Translations under genes and position numbers: made by a program
The notes under the pieces: generated by a model
Databases searched by the model: none
The model's input: the letters and a program-made list of their open reading frames with translations, nothing else
What the model was told of the DNA's origin: nothing
Part shown: positions 44,429-53,602 of the stretch, in pieces
Position numbering within the stretch: the stretch's first letter is position 1
Layout of the letters: each line of letters begins with the position of its first letter
Origin: Oscillospiraceae bacterium
Lineage (GTDB): Bacteria > Bacillota > Clostridia > Oscillospirales > Oscillospiraceae
DNA: 64,000 nt
Direction of reading: 5' to 3'
Assembly: GCA_902802565.1 (NCBI GenBank)
Contig: CADCMP010000001.1
Span: 711-64,710 of the forward strand

Positions 44429-45019
44429 ATGAGTGCATATCCTTTGATCACCATCAGCAGACAATATGCTGCCTACGGAAGAACCGTGGCGAAGGGACTG
44501 TCGGAACGTCTGGGGATCCCGTACTACGACAGAGACTTCGTCAAGAAGACCGCCGAGTCTTCCGGATATGCGGAAGAGGATATCATCCGCGAAGGGGAGG
44601 ATATCTCGAAAGGAAGCAGGTTCTGGAACAGTTTTCTCAACAATGCCACCGTATATTCCAGCTCTTACGACGGGATCTTCGCCGCAGAGAGCAAGGTCAT
44701 CCTGGAACTGTCCCAGGAGCCCTGCATCATCGTGGGTCGCAGTGCCAACCATGTCCTGTCGGAAGCGGGCATCCCCGCCTTCCATGTGTTCCTGTACGCG
44801 GATCTGGAAAAGCGGATCCAGCGGGCGGCGGAACTGGGAGAAAACGGCAATACGGATCTGCGGAAGTATGTCCATCGGCGGGATACCATGCGTGAGACCT
44901 ACTGCAAACTCTATACCGGTTCGGAAATGAGTGACTACAGCCACTATCATATCTGTCTGGATTCCGGATTCCTGGGACCGGACAAATGCGTGGATATCCT
45001 CGCGGATATCCTGCAGTAG
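44429..45019 (+). CDS. Cytidylate kinase-like family protein
   Basis: N-terminus LITISRQYAAYGRTVAKGLSERLGIPYYDRDF is typical of the CMK-like AAA_28-type family. RBS GGAGGGA. Confidence 0.75.
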   Translation: MSAYPLITISRQYAAYGRTVAKGLSERLGIPYYDRDFVKKTAESSGYAEEDIIREGEDISKGSRFWNSFLNNATVYSSSYDGIFAAESKVILELSQEPCIIVGRSANHVLSEAGIPAFHVFLYADLEKRIQRAAELGENGNTDLRKYVHRRDTMRETYCKLYTGSEMSDYSHYHICLDSGFLGPDKCVDILADILQ

Positions 45020-45036
45020 AAATAAGTGTTGAATCG

Positions 45037-45074
45037 AAGGCCTCCGGCGGACTGTGATCTGCCGGAGGCCTTTT
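45037..45074 (+). terminator. Rho-independent terminator
   Basis: 12-bp stem AAGGCCTCCGGC/GCCGGAGGCCTT followed by TTGT. Confidence 0.7.
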
Positions 45075-45176
45075 GTCATGTGGATCGGGAAAGAAACAGT
45101 GGATTGTTTTCCGCCCATCCATTAAAATGGAGTCACTGACGACAAGGAGAAGCGGCGCAGACCGCTTTGCGTAAAA

Positions 45177-47399
45177 ATGAAAGAACGATTTATTCAAACC
45201 TTTAATATCCGGGATCTTCTGGCCGGGGTCATCGTGGCACTGGTCTCCATTCCCATTTCCATGGGATACGCACAGCTGGCAGGGCTTCCCATGATCTTCG
45301 GCCTGTACGGATCGCTGTTTCCCATCCTGGTGTTCGGACTGTTCACCTCGTCAAGGAACTATGTGTTCGGCGTGGATGCCGCACCGGCGGCGCTGGTAGG
45401 AGGGATCCTGGCAAAACTGGCCGTGGAAAACGGCAGTGCGGCAGCGATGGAGATCGTTCCCATGATCACCCTGATGACCGCTTTCTGGCTGGGTATTATG
45501 GTTCTTCTCCGGGCGGGAAAGATCGTCCGCTACATCTCCCGGCCGGTGGTGGGCGGTTTTGTCACCGGTATCTGCGTGGAGATCATCCTCATGCAGATCC
45601 CGAAGCTCTACGGCGGGGATACCGGAACGGGAGAACTGTTCCATCTGCTCCGGCATATCGTGACCACGGCAATGTCCTCCTTTAACCTTCTGTCCCTTAT
45701 CCTGGCGGTGTGTTCCATCGCCGTGATCCAGCTGGGCAGGAAAAAGTGGCCGCGGTTTCCCATGTCCGTGGCCGTCATGGCAGCGGGAGTCCTGCTGACG
45801 GTCCTGCTGCATATCGACCGGTATGGGGTGCGTCTGCTGCCTGCCGCGCAGCCGGGACTGCCGAAACTGATGATGCCCGGGCTGGGCGGATTCCGGTTTG
45901 CGGATCTTGCCATCTCCGCCCTGACCATCGCAGTGGTGATCACTTCCGAGACCCTGCTGGCCTCCGGCGGATTCGCCCGGGAAGACGGTTACCGGCTGGA
46001 TAACCAGAAGGAGATCCTCGCCTACGCGCTGGGAAACCTCGTGGCTGCCTTTACCGGCTGCTGTCCGGTGAACGGCAGTATCAGCCGTACCGGGATCGTA
46101 CGCCAGTTCGGATGCAGATCCCAGTGGATGAGCATCTCCGCGTTCCTTGTCATGGGGGTCATCCTGCTGTTTTGTACCGGCTTTATCCGGTTTCTGCCGG
46201 TTCCGGTCCTGGTGGCCATCGTGGTGTGCGCCCTGTACGGTGCCTGCGAGTTCGATCTGGGACGGAAGCTGTACAAGACCAGCAAAAATGAATTCTATAT
46301 CTACCTTGCGGCACTGTTCGGAGTTTTGATCTTCGGCACGGTCTATGGTGTCGTCATCGGTGTGATCCTGTCCTTCCTGGAAGTGATCATCCGCGCGGTG
46401 GCGCCTCCCAAGAGCTTCCTCGGCATCATCCCCGGGAAGACGGACTTCTATGATCTGGAAAGGAACCGGGATGCCCGCACCATCGAACATGTGGTGATCT
46501 ACCGGTTCGGCGGCAATCTGTTCTTTGCCAATATCGATGATTTTGAGTCGGATATCGAGGACGCGATCCAGCCGGATACCACCACGGTGGTGGCGGATAC
46601 CGGGGCGGTGAGCAGTATCGACATCACTGCGGCGGAACGGCTTCTGGAGTTCAGTGAGGAGCTGAAGGGGCGGAACATCCGTTTCTATCTGGCGGGACAC
46701 TCCGGAAAAGTCAATGATCTGCTGCGTATTTACGGAGCGGAAGAGCTGGTGCGGCAGGGGACGGTACGCATGACCGTAACGCTGGCACTGCGGGACGCAG
46801 GGTTCACGCCGCCCTATGTCATGGACGGGGAGGATCGGGAGAACCTGATCCGGCAGCGGCTTCGCAGCATCCTTCACACCATCCGGCCCGTGGACAATAC
46901 CCAGGCGGAAATGGACTGGGCCTTCGGACAGGACAGCGACCGGTTCAAGGAGGAACTGGTGCGGGAAATGATCGAACACAGCGGGGATGCGTCCAGAGGC
47001 GCCCGGCCGGACCATCTGGCGGAGGCACTGGAGAAGAGCTCCTTCGGAAGGCTTGCGCTCATGGATGAAGACGAGATCCTGGACCGGCTGGAGATGCACC
47101 TGGATGAACTGGCGGGAAAGACCGGTCTGAGCCGGGAGACCATCGGAGAGGAACTGGAAAAACGCCGGGATGTGGTCGAAGAGAAACTGGAACATGTGGA
47201 TCCCGGAGCACTGCGGAAGCTGAAGGAATACCGGAAGACCCACGGGGAGGCGCTGAGGATACGGAACCGGGAAGCCTATCAGCAGATGATACGGAGACGC
47301 CTGGAACACCTGAAACGTCTGGAGCAGGAACACCCGGAACTGGCAGAGAAACTGCGGCAGCTGCTGGAGAGCGGAAAAAACGGAAACGGCTCTCCCTGA
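45177..47399 (+). CDS. SulP family anion transporter with a STAS domain and a long charged C-terminal extension
   Basis: SulP N-terminus (DLLAGVIVALVSIPISMGYAQLAG), STAS-like segment (VVIYRFGGNLFFANI...IRFYLAG), then about 180 aa of Glu/Arg/Leu-rich sequence. Confidence 0.8.
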   Translation: MKERFIQTFNIRDLLAGVIVALVSIPISMGYAQLAGLPMIFGLYGSLFPILVFGLFTSSRNYVFGVDAAPAALVGGILAKLAVENGSAAAMEIVPMITLMTAFWLGIMVLLRAGKIVRYISRPVVGGFVTGICVEIILMQIPKLYGGDTGTGELFHLLRHIVTTAMSSFNLLSLILAVCSIAVIQLGRKKWPRFPMSVAVMAAGVLLTVLLHIDRYGVRLLPAAQPGLPKLMMPGLGGFRFADLAISALTIAVVITSETLLASGGFAREDGYRLDNQKEILAYALGNLVAAFTGCCPVNGSISRTGIVRQFGCRSQWMSISAFLVMGVILLFCTGFIRFLPVPVLVAIVVCALYGACEFDLGRKLYKTSKNEFYIYLAALFGVLIFGTVYGVVIGVILSFLEVIIRAVAPPKSFLGIIPGKTDFYDLERNRDARTIEHVVIYRFGGNLFFANIDDFESDIEDAIQPDTTTVVADTGAVSSIDITAAERLLEFSEELKGRNIRFYLAGHSGKVNDLLRIYGAEELVRQGTVRMTVTLALRDAGFTPPYVMDGEDRENLIRQRLRSILHTIRPVDNTQAEMDWAFGQDSDRFKEELVREMIEHSGDASRGARPDHLAEALEKSSFGRLALMDEDEILDRLEMHLDELAGKTGLSRETIGEELEKRRDVVEEKLEHVDPGALRKLKEYRKTHGEALRIRNREAYQQMIRRRLEHLKRLEQEHPELAEKLRQLLESGKNGNGSP

Positions 47400-47406
47400 T
47401 TGCATC

Positions 47407-47435
47407 TTGCAGGATGGAAAAAGTCTTGTTATGAT
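47407..47435 (+). promoter_or_regulatory. Sigma-A promoter
   Basis: TTGCAG, 17 nt spacer, TATGAT. Confidence 0.5.
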
Positions 47436-47471
47436 GTTGTGGACAAATGAGAAAACAGAGAGGTGCGAATC

Positions 47472-47738
47472 ATGGCTGAATTTCGTTATGAGATCGTGGA
47501 AGAACTGGGCGTGATCTCCGAGAACCGCGCCGGCTGGACCCGGGAACTGAACCTGGTATCCTGGAACGGCGGAGAACCCAAGTATGATCTCCGGGACTGG
47601 GCCCCGGATCATGAGAAGATGGGAAAAGGCATTTCCATGACCAAGGATGAGGTCTTTGAGCTCCTGCAGCTTCTGGAGGAGACTCTGGGAGACGAGGAGC
47701 CGGAATTCGACGACGATCCTTCCTTTGAGGAAGTCTGA
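47472..47738 (+). CDS. YdbC-family PC4-like single-stranded DNA-binding protein
   Basis: FRYEIVEELGVISENRAGWTRELNLVSWNGGEPKYDLRDWAPDHEKMGKGIS matches the YdbC/PC4-like family pattern. Confidence 0.8.
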   Translation: MAEFRYEIVEELGVISENRAGWTRELNLVSWNGGEPKYDLRDWAPDHEKMGKGISMTKDEVFELLQLLEETLGDEEPEFDDDPSFEEV

Positions 47739-47742
47739 TCGG

Positions 47743-47791
47743 AAAAAAAGGAAGAGGACTGCGGTACATTATCCGCAGTCCTCTTCCTTTT
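47743..47791. terminator. Bidirectional terminator
   Basis: 15-bp perfect stem GGAAGAGGACTGCGG/CCGCAGTCCTCTTCC flanked by A7 and T4. Confidence 0.85.
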
Positions 47792-47813
47792 CGGCATCAC
47801 GCCGTATACGGTG

Positions 47814-47993
47814 TTACCGTTTTCTGGGGATCACCAGATCAAACAGTCCGCCGAACAGGGTGACGAGAGCTCCCACTCCCATGAAGATGTATTTATTGAC
47901 ACCCTCGACCTTCTTCTCGATGACATAGGCAAAGCTTGCGATGCCTACGAGAAGGCAGAGGACTTTGATCACGATCTGCAGTACGCCTTTCAT
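47814..47993 (-). CDS. Unannotated 59-aa two-helix membrane protein
   Basis: GGAGG 5 nt upstream of the ATG at 47993. Peptide is MKGVLQIVIKVLCLLVGIASFAYVIEKKVEGVNKYIFMGVGALVTLFGGLFDLVIPRKR. It falls just below the 60-aa track cutoff. Confidence 0.6.
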   Translation of the reverse strand: MKGVLQIVIKVLCLLVGIASFAYVIEKKVEGVNKYIFMGVGALVTLFGGLFDLVIPRKR

Positions 47994-48139
47994 AATTACC
48001 TCCCTACAAACGAAAAGAGTCGGATGTTGTTCTTTGATATTTATTTTACGTCAGGTGCAAAAAAGGTGTCAACGGAAAAGGGACCGGTTTTCCCAAAACC
48101 GTGATTTTTTCCATTATAATCCGAAAAACTTGTGGAAAA

Positions 48140-49312
48140 TCATGGTTTTCCCCGGACGCTCACCGCGTGTACGATGCGGCCGGGAAGCGTCCGCCGGACC
48201 TGCATGGCGCCCTTGGGACAGAACTCCTGACAGCAGAAGCAGCGGATACAGCGGTCCCGGTCGATGCGGGGAAGACCGTCCGTCATGGTGATGGCCCCGG
48301 CCGGACACACCTGGCTGCATTTCCCGCAGCCGATACACTGGGCCTTCCGGACACCGGGGCGGGTGGTCATGGTCATTTTCATCACCGCTCCCCGCACCCT
48401 GCCGGTGAGTCCGGGAGAGGAGAAACTCAGATCCCGGGGGGCGGCGCTGGTATCGAAATCCGACACGCGGAACAGGCTGGGGGAATCTCCCAGAACGGGG
48501 ACCTCGTCGCCGTCCTCCGGTCCCAGCCCCCGGGCGGCTGCCCGCCGCAGCGTGGGGATCCGGCTGGAGGAGAGCTGGATGATCCCGGCACACACCGCGT
48601 CCATGCTGTAGGGACTGCGGGAGGCCATGATGCAGCCGATATGCCGGGGATGTCCGGCGGTAGGGCCGTTGCCTTCCATGCCCTCCACCGCGTCCACGAG
48701 ATAGAGCGCCGGCCGGAAGTGCTCGTTGAGATCGATGAGCATGTCCGCAAAGAGGTCTTCCCGGGGAAAGCGCATGTGGCATTCGGATTTTGCCGTGCCG
48801 GGGATGGCGCCGAACATGTTCTTCACGGCGCAGGTCATCCCCATCATGGCGTGGGTCTTCAGCTTGGCAAAGCAGATGATGGCATCCGCTTCCTCCAGCC
48901 AGGCGGTATAGGGAAAGGTGTGCAGCACCGCTGCATCGTGATCCACCGCGTCCCGCACCTCAAAATTGTCGTTGAGGGAACCGCCGACCTCTTCCACCGC
49001 ATGAAGCCCCGTGGCCTGATAGATGCCCCGCAGAGCCGCACGGCTGTACAGTCCGCCGGGACTGTCTCCCACCACGGCCCGGGCGCCCTTCTCCGTGATG
49101 AGCCGGCACAGCTCCCGCACCAGTGCGGGGTGGGTGGTGGCGGCTTCCTCCGGCTTTGCCGCGGAGACGAGATTGACCTTGACGGCAACGGTCATTCCGG
49201 GACGGACGAAGTTCAGGGCGTCCATCTGGCGCAGCACCAGCCCCATGGACTGACGGACCGTCGCTTCCTCATAATCGGCGCATGCCTGAATGCTGACGGG
49301 GGCGTAGGACAT
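48140..49312 (-). CDS. DUF362 domain protein with a C-terminal 2x[4Fe-4S] ferredoxin domain
   Basis: CIGCGKCSQVCP and CIRCFCCQEFCP clusters at the C-terminus, with a DUF362-like N-terminal body. ATG at 49312 preceded by AGGAGG. Confidence 0.75.
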   Translation of the reverse strand: MSYAPVSIQACADYEEATVRQSMGLVLRQMDALNFVRPGMTVAVKVNLVSAAKPEEAATTHPALVRELCRLITEKGARAVVGDSPGGLYSRAALRGIYQATGLHAVEEVGGSLNDNFEVRDAVDHDAAVLHTFPYTAWLEEADAIICFAKLKTHAMMGMTCAVKNMFGAIPGTAKSECHMRFPREDLFADMLIDLNEHFRPALYLVDAVEGMEGNGPTAGHPRHIGCIMASRSPYSMDAVCAGIIQLSSSRIPTLRRAAARGLGPEDGDEVPVLGDSPSLFRVSDFDTSAAPRDLSFSSPGLTGRVRGAVMKMTMTTRPGVRKAQCIGCGKCSQVCPAGAITMTDGLPRIDRDRCIRCFCCQEFCPKGAMQVRRTLPGRIVHAVSVRGKP

Positions 49313-49461
49313 TTTTCGCATCCTCCTGTGTGGGATCCGGCTAGTTCGAATAGCCATAAAAGATTGTCAAATCTTTGGTAAAGTTGTGGAAAAAACATAT
49401 TGTTTCCCCTGCGGACAGTATAATATAATAATTGCAGCAAATCTAGAAAGGAACGATTGTT

Positions 49462-49887
49462 ATGAGCACTGTTTCGGACTTAAAGCGTTTCACCGACGCA
49501 CAGCAGAGCAGTTTTGCCACAGCGCTCTCTGAGATACAGAACGGGAAAAAGCGCAGCCACTGGATGTGGTACATCTTTCCGCAGATCCACGGTCTCGGCG
49601 TGACTCCCACTTCCCAGTACTATGCCATCCGGTCCCTGCAGGAAGCCAAGGACTTTCTGGCAGATCCGTATCTGGGCGGCAACCTCATCAAGATCACCAG
49701 TGCACTGCTGGATCTGGATACCAACAACGCATCCGCCGTCTTCGGATTCCCCGATGACCTGAAGCTGCGTTCCTCCATGACCCTGTTTGCACAGGTCAGT
49801 GATTTCGATGTGTTCCAGAAAGTGCTGGACAAATACTTTGACGGGAAGCCGGATGACCGGACCCTGTCCATTCTTGCAAGAGACTGA
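49462..49887 (+). CDS. DUF1810 family protein
   Basis: KKRSHWMWYIFPQIHGLG motif is characteristic of DUF1810. Confidence 0.8.
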   Translation: MSTVSDLKRFTDAQQSSFATALSEIQNGKKRSHWMWYIFPQIHGLGVTPTSQYYAIRSLQEAKDFLADPYLGGNLIKITSALLDLDTNNASAVFGFPDDLKLRSSMTLFAQVSDFDVFQKVLDKYFDGKPDDRTLSILARD

Positions 49888-49997
49888 GCAAAGAAAGACC
49901 ATACACCCACCGATTGCCGCATTCCGAGGATGCGGCAATTTCCATCCCCGCCTCATGGCCGGGACGGAGCGGAGAGACACGGAATCGGAGGAAGAAC

Positions 49998-50777
49998 ATG
50001 CGAATTGAGAGGGAACGACTGCTGAAGATGGCCCGGGATCTGAGACCGGTCATGGCGGACCGGGAACGGGCCGGACACGCCACGGAAAAAGGGGAGAAGG
50101 ATTACGTCACGGAGGTGGACCTGCAGGTGCAGTCCCGGGTGACGGAACAGCTGCGCGCCTGGTACCCGGATGTGCAGATGCTGGCGGAGGAGAAGGACAA
50201 TGCCGCGGTGGATACCCGGGGAGACTTCTGGATCCTGGATCCGGTGGACGGGACCTCCAACCTGATGCATGACTTCCGTCACAGCGCCCTGTCCCTGGGA
50301 TACTGCGAGGACGGACGGCTGTCCTTCGGCATGATCTACAATCCCTTCACCGACGAACTGTTCTGGGCCCAGCGGGGACAGGGAGCGTATCTCAACGGCA
50401 CGCCCATCCGCGTCAGCACCCGACAGACGCTGGAGGAGAGCCTCATCCTTTTCGGCACCTGCCCCTATCACCGGGAGCGGTCGGCGGAGGATTTTGAACT
50501 GTTCCGCCGGGTATTCCTGCGGTCTCAGGACGTGCGCCGGCTGGGATCGGCGGCTCTGGATCTGGCCTATATCGCCTGCGGACGCTCGGATCTGTTCTTT
50601 GAACGGGACCTGAAGCCCTGGGACTATGCCGCGGGCCTGATCCTCATCGAGGAAGCCGGCGGTACCGTAACGGATTACCGGCAGCAGCGTCCCCCGGTGC
50701 GGGAAAACTCCGACATCGTGGCGGGAAACGGCATCACGGAGAAGCTGTTCTTCCGTCAGTTCGGGGACATGCTGTGA
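49998..50777 (+). CDS. Inositol monophosphatase family protein
   Basis: WILDPVDGTSN metal-binding motif and WDYAAG block. ATG at 49998 preceded by GGAGGAAG. Confidence 0.85.
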   Translation: MRIERERLLKMARDLRPVMADRERAGHATEKGEKDYVTEVDLQVQSRVTEQLRAWYPDVQMLAEEKDNAAVDTRGDFWILDPVDGTSNLMHDFRHSALSLGYCEDGRLSFGMIYNPFTDELFWAQRGQGAYLNGTPIRVSTRQTLEESLILFGTCPYHRERSAEDFELFRRVFLRSQDVRRLGSAALDLAYIACGRSDLFFERDLKPWDYAAGLILIEEAGGTVTDYRQQRPPVRENSDIVAGNGITEKLFFRQFGDML

Positions 50778-50877
50778 TCCGGTCATGACGGAAGGCATCC
50801 TTCCGTCATTTTTGTTTACTTTGGTTTTTCACAACGGTATAATGAGAAAAACAACCCGGGAAAGAGGAGCACTCGAC

Positions 50878-51966
50878 ATGCCAAACGCAGAAACCCTGCC
50901 GGTCTCCGACCATCGAATCGAATATCTGGATTACCTTCGGGTCATCGCCACCATGGCGGTGGTGCTCCTGCACATCTCCATCCAGGGATGGGGCGACGTG
51001 GACGTGCAGAGCGGACCGTGGATGGTCTATAACGTCTGGAACGGACTGGTGCGCTGGTGCGTGCCCGTCTTCGTCATGATCTCCGGGGCCCTGTTCCTCA
51101 ATCCGAAGAAGAAGGTGTCCGTCTACCGCCTGTGGACCAGGAACATCCCGCGGATCCTCTCGGCCTTCCTGTTCTGGTCGGTGATCTACGCGCTGTATCA
51201 TCTGGCCACCCGCTCCGGATGGACGGGGCATACCTTCGCCATGGCCGTGCTGACGGGAAACTATCACATGTGGTTCCTGTTCCTCATCGTGGGGCTGTAT
51301 CTCGTGACGCCTCTGATGCGGAAGATCGCCGCCGACCGGGGAATGCTCAACTATTTTCTGGTGCTGTCCCTGTTTTTCGGATTTCTGATCCCCACGCTGC
51401 GCCATCAGGTGATCCCTTTTTCCGTGGCGCTGTCGGAGAGCGATACCATCCATGCCCTGCTGAAGGATTATGATTCCATGCGGATCTATCTGCCGCTGGG
51501 ATATACCGGATACTTTGCCCTGGGCTGGTATCTGTACAAACGGAATCTCACCCCGGGAGAGCGCATCGTCATCTATGCCCTGGGGGTGGCGGGATTCCTC
51601 CTCACCATCACCGGAACGGCGGTGCTGTCCCGCAATCTGGCGAAAGCCAACTCCGCCTGGTACGAATACGTGTCCGTGAACGTGCTTCTGGAGAGCATGG
51701 CGGTGTTCGTACTGGTGCGCTACTCCTCCCGTTACTGGAAGGAGAAGGTCCGGAACCTTCTGTCCGCCATGGCGGACAAGACCTTCGGGATCTATCTTTT
51801 CCATCTGCTGCTGGTGGAATTCCTGGCCGATGTCATCGGACTCAAATCCACGCTGTTTACACCGGTCCTGTCCGTGCCCCTGCTGGCGGCGCTGTCCTTC
51901 ACGGTCAGTGTTTATGCCGCCAAGGGACTGAAGCGGCTGGGACGGTTTTCCCGCTATATACTTTAA
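50878..51966 (+). CDS. Acyltransferase family 3 membrane O-acyltransferase
   Basis: N-terminus RIEYLDYLRVIATMAVVLLH and about 10 TM helices. ATG at 50878 preceded by AGAGGAG. Confidence 0.8.
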   Translation: MPNAETLPVSDHRIEYLDYLRVIATMAVVLLHISIQGWGDVDVQSGPWMVYNVWNGLVRWCVPVFVMISGALFLNPKKKVSVYRLWTRNIPRILSAFLFWSVIYALYHLATRSGWTGHTFAMAVLTGNYHMWFLFLIVGLYLVTPLMRKIAADRGMLNYFLVLSLFFGFLIPTLRHQVIPFSVALSESDTIHALLKDYDSMRIYLPLGYTGYFALGWYLYKRNLTPGERIVIYALGVAGFLLTITGTAVLSRNLAKANSAWYEYVSVNVLLESMAVFVLVRYSSRYWKEKVRNLLSAMADKTFGIYLFHLLLVEFLADVIGLKSTLFTPVLSVPLLAALSFTVSVYAAKGLKRLGRFSRYIL

Positions 51967-51984
51967 AAAGAGGTGCTGCAAATC

Positions 51985-53241
51985 ATGACGACTTACGAAC
52001 TGATCGCGAAGACCGCGGAAACGAAGTACGCCCTGGCTTCCGCCGGGACCGAGCAGAAGGACCGTGCCCTGCTGGCCATGGCCGACGCCATCGAGGCGGC
52101 CACGGAGGAGATCCTGGCGTGCAACCGGGAGGACATCGAAGCCTCCCGCAGCAAGTATTCCGACGTGATGATCGACCGGCTCATGCTGGATCCGGAACGG
52201 ATCCGGGGTATGGCGGACGGCATCCGTCAGGTGGTGGAACTGCCGGATCCCGCCGGACAGATCCTGCGCACGGTGACCCGTCCCAACGGACTGGTGATCC
52301 AGAAGGTGTCCGCTCCCATGGGCGTCATCGCCATCATCTATGAGAGCCGCCCCAACGTCACCAGCGACGCGGCCGCCCTGTCCCTGAAAGCGGGCAGCGC
52401 CTGCATCCTGCGCAGCGGCAAGGAGGCATGGAAGACCTCCAACGCCATCGTGGAGGCCATGAAGAGGGGTCTGAAGGAAGCGGGACTTCCGGAAGACAGC
52501 ATCAACCTGATCCAGGATACCAGCCGGGAGAGCGGAAAGGTGCTCATGACGGCAGAGGGCCTGGTGGATCTTCTGATCCCCCGGGGAGGCAAGGGCCTGA
52601 AGAAGGCCATCGCCGAGCAGGCCACCGTGCCCACCATCCAGACCGGCGACGGAGTGTGCCATGTCTATGTGGATGCCACGGCCGATCAGGAGATGGCACT
52701 GAACATCATCGAAAACGCCAAGACCAGCCGTCCCAGCGTGTGCAACGCCGAGGAACAGCTTCTGGTCCATCAGGATATCGCGGCGGAGTTCCTTCCGAAG
52801 CTGGCCGCCCGCCTGCGGGATGACCGCAGCGCCCAGGGCCAGATCCCGGTGGAACTGCGCATCGACGCAAAGGCCGCGGAATACATCGACGGCACCGCCG
52901 CCACGGAAGAGGACTTCGACCGGGAGTTTCTGGATTACATCCTGGGCGTCCGGGTGGTGGACTCCGTGGAGGAGGCCATCCGGAACATCGATCTGCACTC
53001 CACCCATCACAGTGAGTGCATCGTCTCTCAGGATCCCGCGTCCATCGATCTGTTCACCCTGAAGGTGGATGCCGCCGCCGTCTACGTCAATGCCTCCACC
53101 CGTTTCACCGACGGGGGAGAGTTCGGACTGGGCTGCGAGATGGGCATCTCCACCCAGAAACTGCACGCCCGGGGCCCCATGGGCCTGGAGGAGCTGTGCA
53201 CCTACAAATACGTCATCCGGGGCACCGGCCAGACCCGCTGA
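51985..53241 (+). CDS. proA: Glutamate-5-semialdehyde dehydrogenase (gamma-glutamyl phosphate reductase)
   Basis: 418 aa with the ProA-type aldehyde dehydrogenase pattern (IYESRPNVT, VCNAEE catalytic Cys context). Confidence 0.9.
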   Translation: MTTYELIAKTAETKYALASAGTEQKDRALLAMADAIEAATEEILACNREDIEASRSKYSDVMIDRLMLDPERIRGMADGIRQVVELPDPAGQILRTVTRPNGLVIQKVSAPMGVIAIIYESRPNVTSDAAALSLKAGSACILRSGKEAWKTSNAIVEAMKRGLKEAGLPEDSINLIQDTSRESGKVLMTAEGLVDLLIPRGGKGLKKAIAEQATVPTIQTGDGVCHVYVDATADQEMALNIIENAKTSRPSVCNAEEQLLVHQDIAAEFLPKLAARLRDDRSAQGQIPVELRIDAKAAEYIDGTAATEEDFDREFLDYILGVRVVDSVEEAIRNIDLHSTHHSECIVSQDPASIDLFTLKVDAAAVYVNASTRFTDGGEFGLGCEMGISTQKLHARGPMGLEELCTYKYVIRGTGQTR

Positions 53242-53259
53242 CCAACCCAAAATAAATCG

Positions 53260-53567
53260 TTGACACTGAAAAATCTTTATGCTATTATCACTTTAAACCG
53301 ATGATGAAGAGCAAGTAAGCTCAGTGAACTTCTCCACAGAGAGCCGGGGCAGGTGAAAGCCGGCGGGAAGAGCTGATGACTGAATGGACTTCGGAGGGCG
53401 ACCCGATGCCGCAGGCGGAGGGGAGACGGAGCGTGAACTTCGTTACCAACATCGTGACATGATAGTGTCACTGAGAGGGCGCGTCACCGCGCCAAGCCGG
53501 GTGGTACCGCAGGAGAGATATACACTCCTGTCCCAGCAGAACACAATCTGCGGGGACAGGAGTTTTT
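53260..53567 (+). promoter_or_regulatory. Promoter plus tryptophan-specific T-box leader
   Basis: TTGACA, 17 nt spacer, TATTAT (53260-53288). Stem I elements AGAGAG and GGTGAAAG. Candidate specifier UGG at 53385-53387 in GAAUGGA. T-box sequence AAGCCGGGTGGTACCGC (53494-53510). Terminator stem ACTCCTGTCCC/GGGGACAGGAGT followed by T5 (53524-53567). Confidence 0.85.
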
Positions 53568-53602
53568 GTTTTCCCGCAAAAAAGAGAAAGGAAGCGAATA
53601 CC

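Noticed and set aside
45351-47612. 753-aa antisense ORF opposite the SulP gene. The same pattern occurs at 50806-53250 (814 aa), 23364-25121 (585 aa), 53468-55048 (526 aa), 58033-59619 (528 aa), 55152-56420, 60312-61643, 48101-49381 and 29669-30937.
   Set aside because: All are codon-aligned shadows of well-supported sense genes in the GC3-rich parts of the window. Their products are Arg/Gly/His/Pro-rich and lack recognisable domains, start-site signals and terminators.
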